The notes below the pieces were generated by a model, which was given only the letters and a program-made list of their open reading frames with translations, did not search any database and was not told the DNA's origin. From positions 64,001 through 128,000 of the forward strand of contig CAWGLD010000002.1 of the NCBI GenBank assembly GCA_963823335.1: a stretch of DNA of 64,000 nt. Reading direction: 5' to 3'. Every line of letters begins with the position of its first letter. Position 1 is the stretch's first letter. Positions 41,479 to 51,028 of the stretch are shown piece after piece. The stretch comes from an uncultured delta proteobacterium. Lineage in GTDB: Bacteria; Desulfobacterota; Desulfobacteria; Desulfobacterales; B30-G6. The position numbers and the translations under genes were made by a program.

Positions 41479-42237
41479 TTATTTCGTGTATGCAGATTGA
41501 CTGACGTGAGGCAACCTTGCATCACCTTTTTGAATCGTGTGCTCGGCCAGTTGCCAGTCATATTCATTGTTGACGTCAAATCCTTCATAATCGGTGGTCA
41601 AAAACGGCATCACCACGTTTCCAGCGATGGTTCGATCTTCAAGAACCACCCGCGACCATGCAATCTCCAGACTTGCATTTTGAACAAATATTTCCGGCAA
41701 AGAGGGGTATTGGCTGCTATGCCAGGGTTGTTCGGCCGGTCCCAGCGGCAGCAGAGGCATCATCCGACGGCCCCGAACGACCCACATTTTTGCTGGATGC
41801 TGGGTACACTTTTCCACCGCCCGCAAAGAGTCGACTCCCTGTTGGGACGAAAATTCCTGCCAAGCCCGCTGGATGGTTGCCGGCAGCCGAAACGGACTGG
41901 TTGGCCGCAATATGCTGAAACAGTCATACCTGTGATCCGCCTCCTGCAGGCGCTCAAGGGTGAACGCCACCCATTCAATGTCGGGTGACTGATCGCCGGC
42001 CAACGTTGCAGGCCTCAGAAACGGAACCTGTGCCCCATAGTTTTTTGCTATGTCCGCGTAGTGTTCCGAATCCGTTGAGACGATCACATCGCTGAAAATG
42101 CCACTGTCGATGGCTGCTGCAATCGTATACGCGATGAGCGGATGACCTGCCAGGGGTCGTATGTTTTTGTCCGGCACACGCTTGGAACCCGCCCGAGCCG
42201 GTATCAGTGCAACAACGCTGTAATCTTCCATAGTCAT
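41479..42237 (-). CDS. neuA: Acylneuraminate (ulosonate) cytidylyltransferase
   Basis: IPARAGSKRVPDKN, VSTDS, FLRP, LRPTSPFR. Confidence 0.85.
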   Translation of the reverse strand: MTMEDYSVVALIPARAGSKRVPDKNIRPLAGHPLIAYTIAAAIDSGIFSDVIVSTDSEHYADIAKNYGAQVPFLRPATLAGDQSPDIEWVAFTLERLQEADHRYDCFSILRPTSPFRLPATIQRAWQEFSSQQGVDSLRAVEKCTQHPAKMWVVRGRRMMPLLPLGPAEQPWHSSQYPSLPEIFVQNASLEIAWSRVVLEDRTIAGNVVMPFLTTDYEGFDVNNEYDWQLAEHTIQKGDARLPHVSQSAYTK

Positions 42238-42241
42238 TTCT

Positions 42242-43714
42242 TTAAAGTTTCTCGGGATCAATATTAATGATGATATTTTTCAAGTCAGAATAGACATCCA
42301 GGGCTTCTGTTCCGGGCTCCCGCGTGCCGTTGCCGGATTGCTTCAATCCGCCAAAAGGCATATGGGGTTCGCTGCCGAAGGTTCCGGCGTTGACAACAGC
42401 GACGCCTGTCTGAACCTTCCGGCAAAACTGCATGGCCCGGTGGAAGTCACGGGTGTGAATACAAGCGGTGAGGCCATAGGGTGAGTCGTTGGCCAATTGC
42501 AGTGCCTGGTGGAAATCAGCCACGCGGTAAAGACAGGTTATGGGTCCGAACAGTTCGGCGGTGGATATGTCGTCTTTGGGGTTGGCATTTTCAATCAGGG
42601 TGGGTGCCATGTAAAATCCACCCTTATGGGCATCATCGGTCATCCGGTGGCCGCCGGATAAAACCACGGCGCCATTTTTCTGAGCATTCTGGATCGCGGT
42701 GAGCATGTTATTGAGCTGTTTTTCATTGATTACCGGGCCCAGGTCATTATCATTTCCGGGGCCGACACTGAGCGCCTGGGTACGTTCGATCAGCATGTCG
42801 CGAAATTGATCATAAACGGCATCAAAGATGATGATACGACTGCCTGACGCACAGCGCTGTCCGGCATTACTGAAAGCCGAAAGAAGCACCCATTTTGCGG
42901 CTGACTCCAGATCGGCATCGTCACAGACGACCAATGCATTTTTGCCGCCCAATTCAAGTGATACCTTGGCCAGTCGCTGGCCGGCAACTGTGGCGATATG
43001 ACGACCTACTGCGGTTGATCCGGTGAAGCTGATAACATCCACTTCTGGATTGTCGACCAGAGGTGCGCCGGCTTCAAGACCGTATCCCTGGATAACATTG
43101 AGAACTCCCGGCGGCAGACCCGCTTCGTGAGCTAGTCGGGCAAAATACCAGGCTGTAGCAGGTGTATCTTCCGCAGCTTTCAATACTGCTGTGTTGCCGC
43201 AGATTAATGCGGGGAATACCTTCCAGGCCACGTTGGCAATCGGCGTGTTGGCTGCAATGATCAATGCTGCAACCCCCAGCGGCTGGCGCACGGTCATGGC
43301 ATACTTGTTGGGTACTGCACTGGTGGTGGTACGACCGTAAAACCGTCGGCCTTCGCCGGCTGCAAATTCTCCTTGAGCAATGGCGCCGCCGGTCTCACCA
43401 AGCGCTGCACCCAAAGACATGCCGGTTTCCATTGCAACGATCCCGGCGATCTCTTTTTGATGTCTGCGCATGGCTTGAGCGATTTCGTGAAGGATATCGC
43501 CGCGCTGCACCGGGGTTTGTTCCGCCCAAGCTGCCTGGGCAACTCTGGCTGCCTGAATTGCATTTTGTACATCCTGTGACTCGGACCGTGCAACAGCACA
43601 CAGTTTGCGACCGGTATCCGGTGACAACTTGTCAAAAGTTCTTCTTGATAGTGCAGCACACTCTTGACCGTCGATCCAGTTTGGAATCGTATCCGGGAGG
43701 TTGTTCGGTTTCAT
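42242..43714 (-). CDS. Aldehyde dehydrogenase
   Basis: FTGSTAVG, ELGGKN, GQRC, ELFGP, PFGGLKQSG. Confidence 0.92.
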   Translation of the reverse strand: MKPNNLPDTIPNWIDGQECAALSRRTFDKLSPDTGRKLCAVARSESQDVQNAIQAARVAQAAWAEQTPVQRGDILHEIAQAMRRHQKEIAGIVAMETGMSLGAALGETGGAIAQGEFAAGEGRRFYGRTTTSAVPNKYAMTVRQPLGVAALIIAANTPIANVAWKVFPALICGNTAVLKAAEDTPATAWYFARLAHEAGLPPGVLNVIQGYGLEAGAPLVDNPEVDVISFTGSTAVGRHIATVAGQRLAKVSLELGGKNALVVCDDADLESAAKWVLLSAFSNAGQRCASGSRIIIFDAVYDQFRDMLIERTQALSVGPGNDNDLGPVINEKQLNNMLTAIQNAQKNGAVVLSGGHRMTDDAHKGGFYMAPTLIENANPKDDISTAELFGPITCLYRVADFHQALQLANDSPYGLTACIHTRDFHRAMQFCRKVQTGVAVVNAGTFGSEPHMPFGGLKQSGNGTREPGTEALDVYSDLKNIIINIDPEKL

Positions 43715-43753
43715 CGTAACTCCGTTTTATGTGTAAACGTATGTTCATTCTTT

Positions 43754-43961
43754 CCTAAGCTGAGCGATTGTCGAGGTTGCTGTAGCTACAAGAAAGATGC
43801 TGTTTCGCTATAGTGGACTATGCGGTATGGCATCTGACGCCGTAGATGCGGTAAGATCGGCAAACCCAACGGGTTTCAAATTTTAAGAATTCAAATGAAT
43901 CAAATCCTTTGAAAATATTTCTAAATCCCATATACATAAAATTTGAATCGCTCATCTTAGG
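43754..43961. repeat. Long-hairpin MITE/REP-like element, copy 2, with extra AT-rich insert
   Basis: cctaagctgagcgatt … aatcgctcatcttagg terminal inverted repeats; core matches 665-774. Confidence 0.8.
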
Positions 43962-43969
43962 TATTTCTA

Positions 43970-44782
43970 TCACCATGCCGTGAAACCACCATCCACAACC
44001 AGTTCAGCACCGGTTACATAAGCGGATGCCCTTGAGGCCAGAAAAAGCAGTGGCCCACGCAGATCTTCCGCGACAGCCATTCTTCCCATGGGGACACGAT
44101 TACAGAATTTGCGTTTGAATTCTTCGTCCTGGCCGCCTAAGACACCGCCGGGTGATAGCGCATTCACCCGCACGCCGTGTGGGGCCCAGTGTGTTGCCAG
44201 ATAACGGGTCAGATTTATAACTGCGGCCTTGGAGGCACCGTAAGCCGGAGGTTTGAGAAACGGCAGTTCTCCGGAAAGGTGGTCGTAAAATCGCGCGTCA
44301 GGTGAAACGCCGGCATACAAAGAACCGATATTGATAATCGAACCCCGGCCGGCATTGACCATCCGGGAACCAAATACCTGGGATACCTGAAATAGCCCCA
44401 GGGTATTGACCTCGAGAATCTCGCGATTTTCCTCCAGCGGTATATCTTCCAGACGATATGCTTTGGCCGAAAGGGCAGGAGGGCGGTCGATACCGGCATT
44501 GTTTACCAGAATGCTGGGTGTTCCAAAGGCAGAAAAACAACGTTGGTATGCGTCTTCCAGGGATCGACGATCCCTGACATCGGCGCGATCCAGCTTCAAG
44601 AGAGTTTTATCATAACATGCCTGCAGTCTGGCAAAATCATCGGAGATTTTTGATTCGGCCAGATCAAGTGCGAAAACTGAGGCGCCTGCACCCAGCAGGG
44701 CTTCTATCCAGATGGGACCTAACTTACCCAGCGCACCTGTTACGACAGCAATTTCGGTCTCTAAGTCAAACAAATTTTTCAC
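43970..44782 (-). CDS. SDR oxidoreductase
   Basis: TGALGKLG, NNAG, YGASK, NALSPGG, VVDGG. Confidence 0.9.
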   Translation of the reverse strand: MKNLFDLETEIAVVTGALGKLGPIWIEALLGAGASVFALDLAESKISDDFARLQACYDKTLLKLDRADVRDRRSLEDAYQRCFSAFGTPSILVNNAGIDRPPALSAKAYRLEDIPLEENREILEVNTLGLFQVSQVFGSRMVNAGRGSIINIGSLYAGVSPDARFYDHLSGELPFLKPPAYGASKAAVINLTRYLATHWAPHGVRVNALSPGGVLGGQDEEFKRKFCNRVPMGRMAVAEDLRGPLLFLASRASAYVTGAELVVDGGFTAW

Positions 44783-45855
44783 GATGCCGACCCTGCTAGA
44801 TGCTCGGAGCCGTTTAAAGCTTCAAAGGTGATGGCATCGTCTTCTTGCATGGCTGCACGGGTCACCCTGCCGACCACTTTATCGATATCGTAAGGCGGTA
44901 GACCATCACCTGGTGACTTGAAGGCAATGTCTTCCCGGCGTATCATATGACCGGCCGGCAAATCACGCGCGGCGACCATTTTTTTGCTCATCTTGATGAT
45001 GGGGTTTCTCTCGCTCTCATAAGTCTGCTTGACGCCGTCACCCATGGCGGCTTTGGTACGTTGCAGGTCTCTGATCAGCTTTCGAAAACCAGTGGGTTCC
45101 AGTGAAAAGGCATGATCTGTGCCTTTCAGGGTATGGTTAAGGGTAAAGTGCTTTTCGATCACCCGGGCGCCCAGCATATAAGCTGCAACGGCCATGGCAA
45201 TGCCGTTGTCGTGGGAAGACAGACCAACGGTGGTATTGGGAAACCGCTCGCGGAAGGTCGTGATCACATTCAGATTGAGCTCTTCAAATTCTGCTGGATA
45301 ACCTGCGGTGCACTGGAGGATACAGAGCTGCTGATTGATAGGCATGATGGCATCATAGGCCCTGTTGACGTCCTCCATGGTACCCCCGCCGGTGCTGAGA
45401 ATCATCGGCTTGTTAAACTTGGCAATGTGGGTCAGCAAGGGAATGTTTTTTAAATCCCCGGAAGCGATTTTATAAATCGGGATGTCGAGTTTGGCCAGGA
45501 AATCGGCGCTGTCAAAATCAAAGGCGGTTGAAAACATCGTAATTCCGATTTCATCAGCGTAATCCATCAAGGTTTTGTATTCAATTTCACCGAACTCCAA
45601 AAATTCCCGATGCTCGCCGTAGGTTGCACCATAGCTGTTGGGATTGTCATAAGGTTTGTTATAACCGGCCTTGGTAAACAGGCTCCGATTGTGTCTTTTC
45701 TGGAGTTTGACAGCGTCAGCTCCGCTTTCTTTGGCTACCCGGAACATCTCCTTGGCGGTTTCGAGCTCACCTTGATGGTTGTGCCCGATCTCGGCTATCA
45801 CATAGCAATCACTATTGTCTTGAATGACCTTTCCATTTAGTGAAAGTTTACGCAT
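44779..45855 (-). CDS. neuB: N-acetylneuraminate/nonulosonate synthase family with SAF domain
   Basis: IAEIGHNHQG, AVKLQKR, KIASGD, GLSSHD, EKHFT, KSPGDG. Confidence 0.9.
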   Translation of the reverse strand: MRKLSLNGKVIQDNSDCYVIAEIGHNHQGELETAKEMFRVAKESGADAVKLQKRHNRSLFTKAGYNKPYDNPNSYGATYGEHREFLEFGEIEYKTLMDYADEIGITMFSTAFDFDSADFLAKLDIPIYKIASGDLKNIPLLTHIAKFNKPMILSTGGGTMEDVNRAYDAIMPINQQLCILQCTAGYPAEFEELNLNVITTFRERFPNTTVGLSSHDNGIAMAVAAYMLGARVIEKHFTLNHTLKGTDHAFSLEPTGFRKLIRDLQRTKAAMGDGVKQTYESERNPIIKMSKKMVAARDLPAGHMIRREDIAFKSPGDGLPPYDIDKVVGRVTRAAMQEDDAITFEALNGSEHLAGSAS

Positions 45856-45930
45856 TGTTATTCCTCCTCAAAATCTCTATTTTAACTGCATTGAACTTTT
45901 TATAATGTCAAAACATTTTACTCGAACTTA

Positions 45931-46100
45931 TTTTAGCTTGGACGCCAGGAAGCTGGGATGCCGCTGTCCGCTGATACTGTCAGCCACCCTCCAACCCTGT
46001 ATCCCCCTCGGACCCTTGAACCCCCTTTTAAGCTGGGACGCCAGGATGCTTGGAAGCTGGGATGCCGCTGTCCGCTGACACTGTCAGCCACCCTCAAACC
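45931..46100. repeat. Tandem duplication of a ~95-bp intergenic unit
   Basis: ggaagctgggatgccgctgtccgctga(t/c)actgtcagccaccctc occurs twice. Confidence 0.8.
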
Positions 46101-46612
46101 CTTTTTTTTGCCAATGTTCTTTCAAACAAATCACAGACCTCTCTCACAGCGCCATGACCGCCCGGACGTCTGGTCTGATAGAGCGCGATGGATATCACAT
46201 CCTGATACGCGTCCTGAACCACAATGGGCAAAGCCACAGATGCAAGACAGGGCAGGTCGTTGATATCGTTGCCCACAAAAGCGACCTCCCCCAGGGTGAG
46301 ATTCTTTTCCTGAGCGATGTCGTTCAGCACTGCCAGTTTGTCCTGACAGTCCTGAATACAGCGAATTTTTAGTTTACGCGCCCTGGCTGACACCACAGGA
46401 TTGGCTTCAGTGGATATGATAACCGTTTCAATGCCAAATTTTTTCAGTTTTTGCAAACCAATACCATCACTGCGAAAGCATCGCACGGCTTCGGTGCCGT
46501 CTTGGAATACAAAAACCATATTATCGGTAAAAACGCCGTCAAAATCAAAGGCAATTAGACGGATACGACGGATAATCTCATCGATGCCAGGGTCTGTTCG
46601 TTTTTTGGGCAT
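46094..46612 (-). CDS. KdsC/YrbI-like HAD phosphatase
   Basis: DFDGVFTDN, DGIG, GNDIND, GGHGAVRE.CD. Confidence 0.88.
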   Translation of the reverse strand: MPKKRTDPGIDEIIRRIRLIAFDFDGVFTDNMVFVFQDGTEAVRCFRSDGIGLQKLKKFGIETVIISTEANPVVSARARKLKIRCIQDCQDKLAVLNDIAQEKNLTLGEVAFVGNDINDLPCLASVALPIVVQDAYQDVISIALYQTRRPGGHGAVREVCDLFERTLAKKRV

Positions 46613-46629
46613 AGTGGGCTGTAAGTCTT

Positions 46630-48435
46630 TTACTCTTTACCAGGGGTTAAGTCAACGCAGCCGGTACCCGGGTTCGGTATCGATATCTGCTGTGGGGTGA
46701 TCGGCTCCGGTTTATTTTCTTCCTGCAGGATTCTTCCATCCTGGATACGGTAGGTTTTATCGGCTATCGTAACCAGAGCCGACTGATGCGAGATGGTCAG
46801 AATGGTGAGCTCTCCGCGAAGCTGTTGCAGGGTATCGCATACAGCGGCCTCACTTTCCGGATCCAGACCGCTGGTGGCTTCGTCTAAAATCAGCAGTTTC
46901 GGTTTGTGCACCAGGGCCCGTGCAATGGCGATACGCTGTCTTTGCCCTCCGGAGAGTTTGCCTCCGCGCTCGCCGACCATACTCTCCATAGCCTTGGGCA
47001 TTCTATTGACAAACTCCCACGCACCGGCGGCACGCAGGGCATCCTTTGCATCGGCTGCACTCAGAGCAGGATCTCCCAGGGTGATGTTGTTCAGCACCGT
47101 ATCGTGCAGTAATATGGTTTCCTGGGGAATATAGCCGATCATTCTGCGCCAGTTTTTCAGATTTAACTCAGCCAACGGCACGTGGTCGATCCACACCTCT
47201 CCCTGCTGGGGCCGCAACAGACCGGTCACAATATCCACCAGGGTTGTTTTTCCCGACCCGGAAGGGCCCACAATGGCAATAATCTCACCCTTGGGAAAGG
47301 TGAGCGACACATCTTGCAGCACTGGCTGGGTGTCGTAAGCAAAAATCAACTGTTTCAGTTCAATGGCTCTTTCCAGCGAAGGTATCTGGGTACCACCCAT
47401 CTCCTCGCGTTCGCTTTTCACCTTTTGAAGGGTTTTCTGTAATGACCAGTAGGCGCTTTCAAAAATAATCATTTCTTGATAACGTTCTTGAACCCGGTTC
47501 AGTCGCTTCAATAATCGGGAAACAAGAAACGCCAGCACGATGACGCTGGCCAGTGACATTTGCCAGTAAGTCAACAATACGTATACTCCGCCTGCCAGGA
47601 AGACCGTAACCAGTATGTGCTGGAAGGCCAAGAGAAATTCCCTGTTCAGAACTTCTTTTTGTAACGCCTTGTTCAGGTGGTGAGTCTTTTTTTTCATCAG
47701 GTGGTCGGATGCTTCCTCGCGCGCCATGGCCCGCAAAGGTTTTATGGACTGCAAGGTATCGGTCAACAATGCAAACATCGATTTCCGGAGGCTTGTTTGA
47801 CGATTTCCGGCATGGCGGGATTTTCTGAGAAATCGTTTTAAGGCGTACAGGATTAAAAGACCTACCGTGAGCGAGACCAATGTCGCTTTCCAGGAGACCA
47901 GAAACGCCATGATACAGAAAATAATGGCATGCAAAAACTCGGCGGTCATGATAATGCCGTTCTTATAGGCTTTCGATGTCCTGATTGTTTCACTCATGAT
48001 GGAATTTGAAAGCTTTCCGATGGGTTGCTGGATGAAATACTGCCACCGGCAGACGCGCAGGGCGTGCAGCAATTCGAGTCGCAGATTCGTGGCGACCTGG
48101 GCGACGGTATATCCGATTTGTCTGTTAGCCAGCAGCATGATTCCGTTTCTCAGGGTTACGGTGGCGATAAGAATGATCAGGAGCAGGCCCAGGGTGGGTG
48201 TAATGCCCAGAAAAGCAAAGCCATCCGCAACCATCTGTTCCAGCACGGAAATTTTGGCACCATTTTTCGCCAAAGCATCCGATCCTGCCCCGGTGGGGTT
48301 GCCGACGGTAATGCCGATGATGGGCAAGAGCATCGTAAGCCCGACACCTTCTATGATACCCGCTAACAACAACGACAGCAGCATGAGGATGCTTGCGAGT
48401 GGATAATTGCGGGAAAATGTTATAAAAAAACGCAT
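46630..48435 (-). CDS. ABC exporter/flippase (TMD+NBD, MsbA/PglK-like)
   Basis: N-terminal TM helices; GPSGSGKT, LSGGQRQR, LDEATS. Confidence 0.88.
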   Translation of the reverse strand: MRFFITFSRNYPLASILMLLSLLLAGIIEGVGLTMLLPIIGITVGNPTGAGSDALAKNGAKISVLEQMVADGFAFLGITPTLGLLLIILIATVTLRNGIMLLANRQIGYTVAQVATNLRLELLHALRVCRWQYFIQQPIGKLSNSIMSETIRTSKAYKNGIIMTAEFLHAIIFCIMAFLVSWKATLVSLTVGLLILYALKRFLRKSRHAGNRQTSLRKSMFALLTDTLQSIKPLRAMAREEASDHLMKKKTHHLNKALQKEVLNREFLLAFQHILVTVFLAGGVYVLLTYWQMSLASVIVLAFLVSRLLKRLNRVQERYQEMIIFESAYWSLQKTLQKVKSEREEMGGTQIPSLERAIELKQLIFAYDTQPVLQDVSLTFPKGEIIAIVGPSGSGKTTLVDIVTGLLRPQQGEVWIDHVPLAELNLKNWRRMIGYIPQETILLHDTVLNNITLGDPALSAADAKDALRAAGAWEFVNRMPKAMESMVGERGGKLSGGQRQRIAIARALVHKPKLLILDEATSGLDPESEAAVCDTLQQLRGELTILTISHQSALVTIADKTYRIQDGRILQEENKPEPITPQQISIPNPGTGCVDLTPGKE

Positions 48436-48471
48436 AATGATACCGTGATCGTTAACCCCTTCTTTTCAGAC

Positions 48472-49668
48472 TTACCTGGTCGTTGTCGTCGCTTTTTTCA
48501 CGGCCGTAAATGCCTTGCAGATATGTGTTATCTGTTCCGGTGTGTGCCCGGCGCTGACACTGCTACGCAGCAGGTAATTGCCGTCCGGTGTGGCTGGTGG
48601 AAAAACCAGATTGACGTAGACACCCTGTTCCAGCAGACCGCTCCACAGGGCGAAGGCTTCGGTTTTGTCTTCCAGCCGCACGGTAACAATGGGGCTCAGT
48701 TCCGGTCCCGTCTCGAAATCCAATTCCTGTAGCGTGGTATACAATCTCTCCGCGTTTTCCCAGAGTCGCTGACGCAGTTCGGGTCTGTTCTGTATGATTT
48801 CCAATGCTTTGCGGGTGGAGGCAATTACAGAGGGAGACGACGAGGCCGTGAAAATATAAGGGCGACTCGCGTATCGAACCAGGTTGAGTTCAGGATGATT
48901 GCTGGTGCAAAAACCGCCAATGGCTCCCAGGCTCTTACTAAAGGTGCCGACCACAAAATCGACACTGCTTTCCACACCGGCTTCCTCGGCAAGCCCGCGT
49001 CCATTGGTACCCAGCACACCCAGGGAGTGGGCTTCATCCACCAAAAGATAGGCCCCGTATTTTTCTTTGGCGGCAGCAATGCCCGCCAGAGGCGCGCGGT
49101 CCCCCAGCATGCTGTAAAGACCTTCCACCACAATCAGGACATTGGTGTTTCGTTTTTCAAGGCGCTGCAGCCGTTTTTCCAGGTTTTGAACATCGTTGTG
49201 GCGAAAACGATGGATCTCGGCATTTCCCATTCGACAGCCGTCATAAATGCTGGCGTGGCAATCCGCATCCAGCAGGATGACTTCACCACTACCCATCAGG
49301 GTGGAGAGCATGGCCAGGTTAGCGACATAACCGGTGGAAAACACAATTGCCTCCTGACAATTGTAAAAATCTGCCAGTTCGCGCTCCAATGCCACATGTC
49401 CTGAAAAAGTCCCGTTGGCCATTCTGGAACCGGTAGTGCCGGTACCTTCTTCGCGTGCGGCATCACAAGCGGCTTTGATACAATCGGCATCAAAGGAAAG
49501 ACCCAGATAATTATTGCTACCGGCCAGAATCATGGGACGACCGTCTACGATGGCCTCGGTTCCGGACACAATCTTTTGCATTACGATATTGAAAAAATTA
49601 TCACAGCATTGCTCTAATTCCTGACGGGTCTCGGCCAGTTGCTGAAATTTATCAAAAATAGTCATCAT
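48472..49668 (-). CDS. spt: Serine palmitoyltransferase (AOS family)
   Basis: GSNNYLG, GSRMANGT, HASIYDG, DEAHS, GTFSKSLG; adjacent ACP, reductase and FAAL as in bacterial sphingolipid loci. Confidence 0.8.
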   Translation of the reverse strand: MMTIFDKFQQLAETRQELEQCCDNFFNIVMQKIVSGTEAIVDGRPMILAGSNNYLGLSFDADCIKAACDAAREEGTGTTGSRMANGTFSGHVALERELADFYNCQEAIVFSTGYVANLAMLSTLMGSGEVILLDADCHASIYDGCRMGNAEIHRFRHNDVQNLEKRLQRLEKRNTNVLIVVEGLYSMLGDRAPLAGIAAAKEKYGAYLLVDEAHSLGVLGTNGRGLAEEAGVESSVDFVVGTFSKSLGAIGGFCTSNHPELNLVRYASRPYIFTASSSPSVIASTRKALEIIQNRPELRQRLWENAERLYTTLQELDFETGPELSPIVTVRLEDKTEAFALWSGLLEQGVYVNLVFPPATPDGNYLLRSSVSAGHTPEQITHICKAFTAVKKATTTTR

Positions 49669-49916
49669 CAATCATCCCCGTTTAGTTTTTGAATCTGTAA
49701 TACAAAATCTTTCACGGTACACACGTCCGGCATTATATTTAATGGTATGGAGATATCGAAACGGTCTTCCACCGATTCCAGGATTTTCATGACTTTCAGC
49801 GAATCCAGGTCCAGGTCGGCGACCAGATCCGTGTCTTCATGGATATCCTGCTCCTGTGGAACGAACGTTCTTAGTATCTGTTCGAGCCCTTGCAATACAT
49901 TTTCATATTCTGTCAT
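49668..49916 (-). CDS. Acyl carrier protein
   Basis: DLDLDSLKVM phosphopantetheine site; VEDRFDISIP. Confidence 0.9.
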   Translation of the reverse strand: MTEYENVLQGLEQILRTFVPQEQDIHEDTDLVADLDLDSLKVMKILESVEDRFDISIPLNIMPDVCTVKDFVLQIQKLNGDD

Positions 49917-50872
49917 TCGATACCTCCCTGATTTTTCACTGTAAATACCGGCCCTAAAGTTTGCCGTAGCCCCTCCGGTAACAAAACGCGAGGTTCCCAG
50001 CCAATGGCGTTGCTCAAAGCGGTGTTATCACAAACCCAGTCGGAATGGCTCAATTCGCGCACTTTACCGGGGGTCAGCATGGGTGCATAGCCGAAAGTCC
50101 GGGAGGCAAGCAGATTCAATGCTGAGACCAGCCATACCAGAACGATTGGTATTTTTATGCTGACCACGGATCTCGTGCGCAGATGTTTAAACGTATTGAT
50201 AACATCGTGCCATGAATAGCCCCCGGAATACCCATCGTGCAGTTCAAAGGTGTCGGACATACCCTCATTACAATCCAACCATTGCACAATTGCTTCGGCA
50301 AGATCCTTCACATAGAGCAAGGAAAAACGCGCAGAGCCGGAGCCGAGTACCGGTGCGATGCCTTTTGCCATCCACTCAAAGACCGGTCGCAGTTCTCGAT
50401 CACCTGGACCATATATGGCACATGGTCGATAAATGGTCCAGGGTAATCGGTGGGAATTCTCAACCAGCAATTTTTCCCCCAAGCGTTTACTGGCAGCATA
50501 ATGCGACAGGTGCGGCTCCCTGGCTGCCAGTGACGATATCAGCAGAAAACGCGGCGCTGGCTGTTGCGCGGATGCCGCCCGGACAAGACGTGCCAAACCG
50601 TCTGTGTTGACCCTGTTGAATTGTTCACGCGTGGCGCCCCTTACAGCACCAGCGCAGTGTACCACAGCCGTTACCCCGTTTACCAGGCGGTGCAGACTAT
50701 CCAGATCTGCAAGGTCACCTTCAATCCATTTAACGGCAAGATCTGCCGGCCTTTTCCAACGTGACGCCGGTCGGATCAAAGCCTGAATCCTGTATCCTGT
50801 ATTTGTCAACTGTTTTGCCAGTTCCGCCCCGACAAAACCCGTTGCGCCTGTTAGTGCAATCACCTCAGACAT
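49913..50872 (-). CDS. NAD-dependent epimerase/reductase (candidate ceramide reductase, CerR-like)
   Basis: TGATGFVG, SSLAA, YAASK, IYGPGD; position between FAAL and ACP-spt. Confidence 0.75.
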   Translation of the reverse strand: MSEVIALTGATGFVGAELAKQLTNTGYRIQALIRPASRWKRPADLAVKWIEGDLADLDSLHRLVNGVTAVVHCAGAVRGATREQFNRVNTDGLARLVRAASAQQPAPRFLLISSLAAREPHLSHYAASKRLGEKLLVENSHRLPWTIYRPCAIYGPGDRELRPVFEWMAKGIAPVLGSGSARFSLLYVKDLAEAIVQWLDCNEGMSDTFELHDGYSGGYSWHDVINTFKHLRTRSVVSIKIPIVLVWLVSALNLLASRTFGYAPMLTPGKVRELSHSDWVCDNTALSNAIGWEPRVLLPEGLRQTLGPVFTVKNQGGIE

Positions 50873-51028
50873 GTGATTTTTCCGACAGCATCAATTTATT
50901 TCTTCATAAATTATGATGGCAACACTAATTGCCAACTTCAGCAAACACTCTTCCTCTATCGATCATCCAAAACGGCTTGATCGGTCTGTAAATTTTGTTT
51001 ATATGTTTTTATGGTAATAAATGCAAGG

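Noticed and set aside
45931-46100. Possible CRISPR array
   Set aside because: Only two long units built from 8-mer motifs, no series of unique spacers, and no cas genes.
48472-49668. BioF or Kbl assignment
   Set aside because: No biotin or threonine-catabolism genes nearby; the ACP/FAAL/reductase context and GSRM.NGT motif favour SPT.
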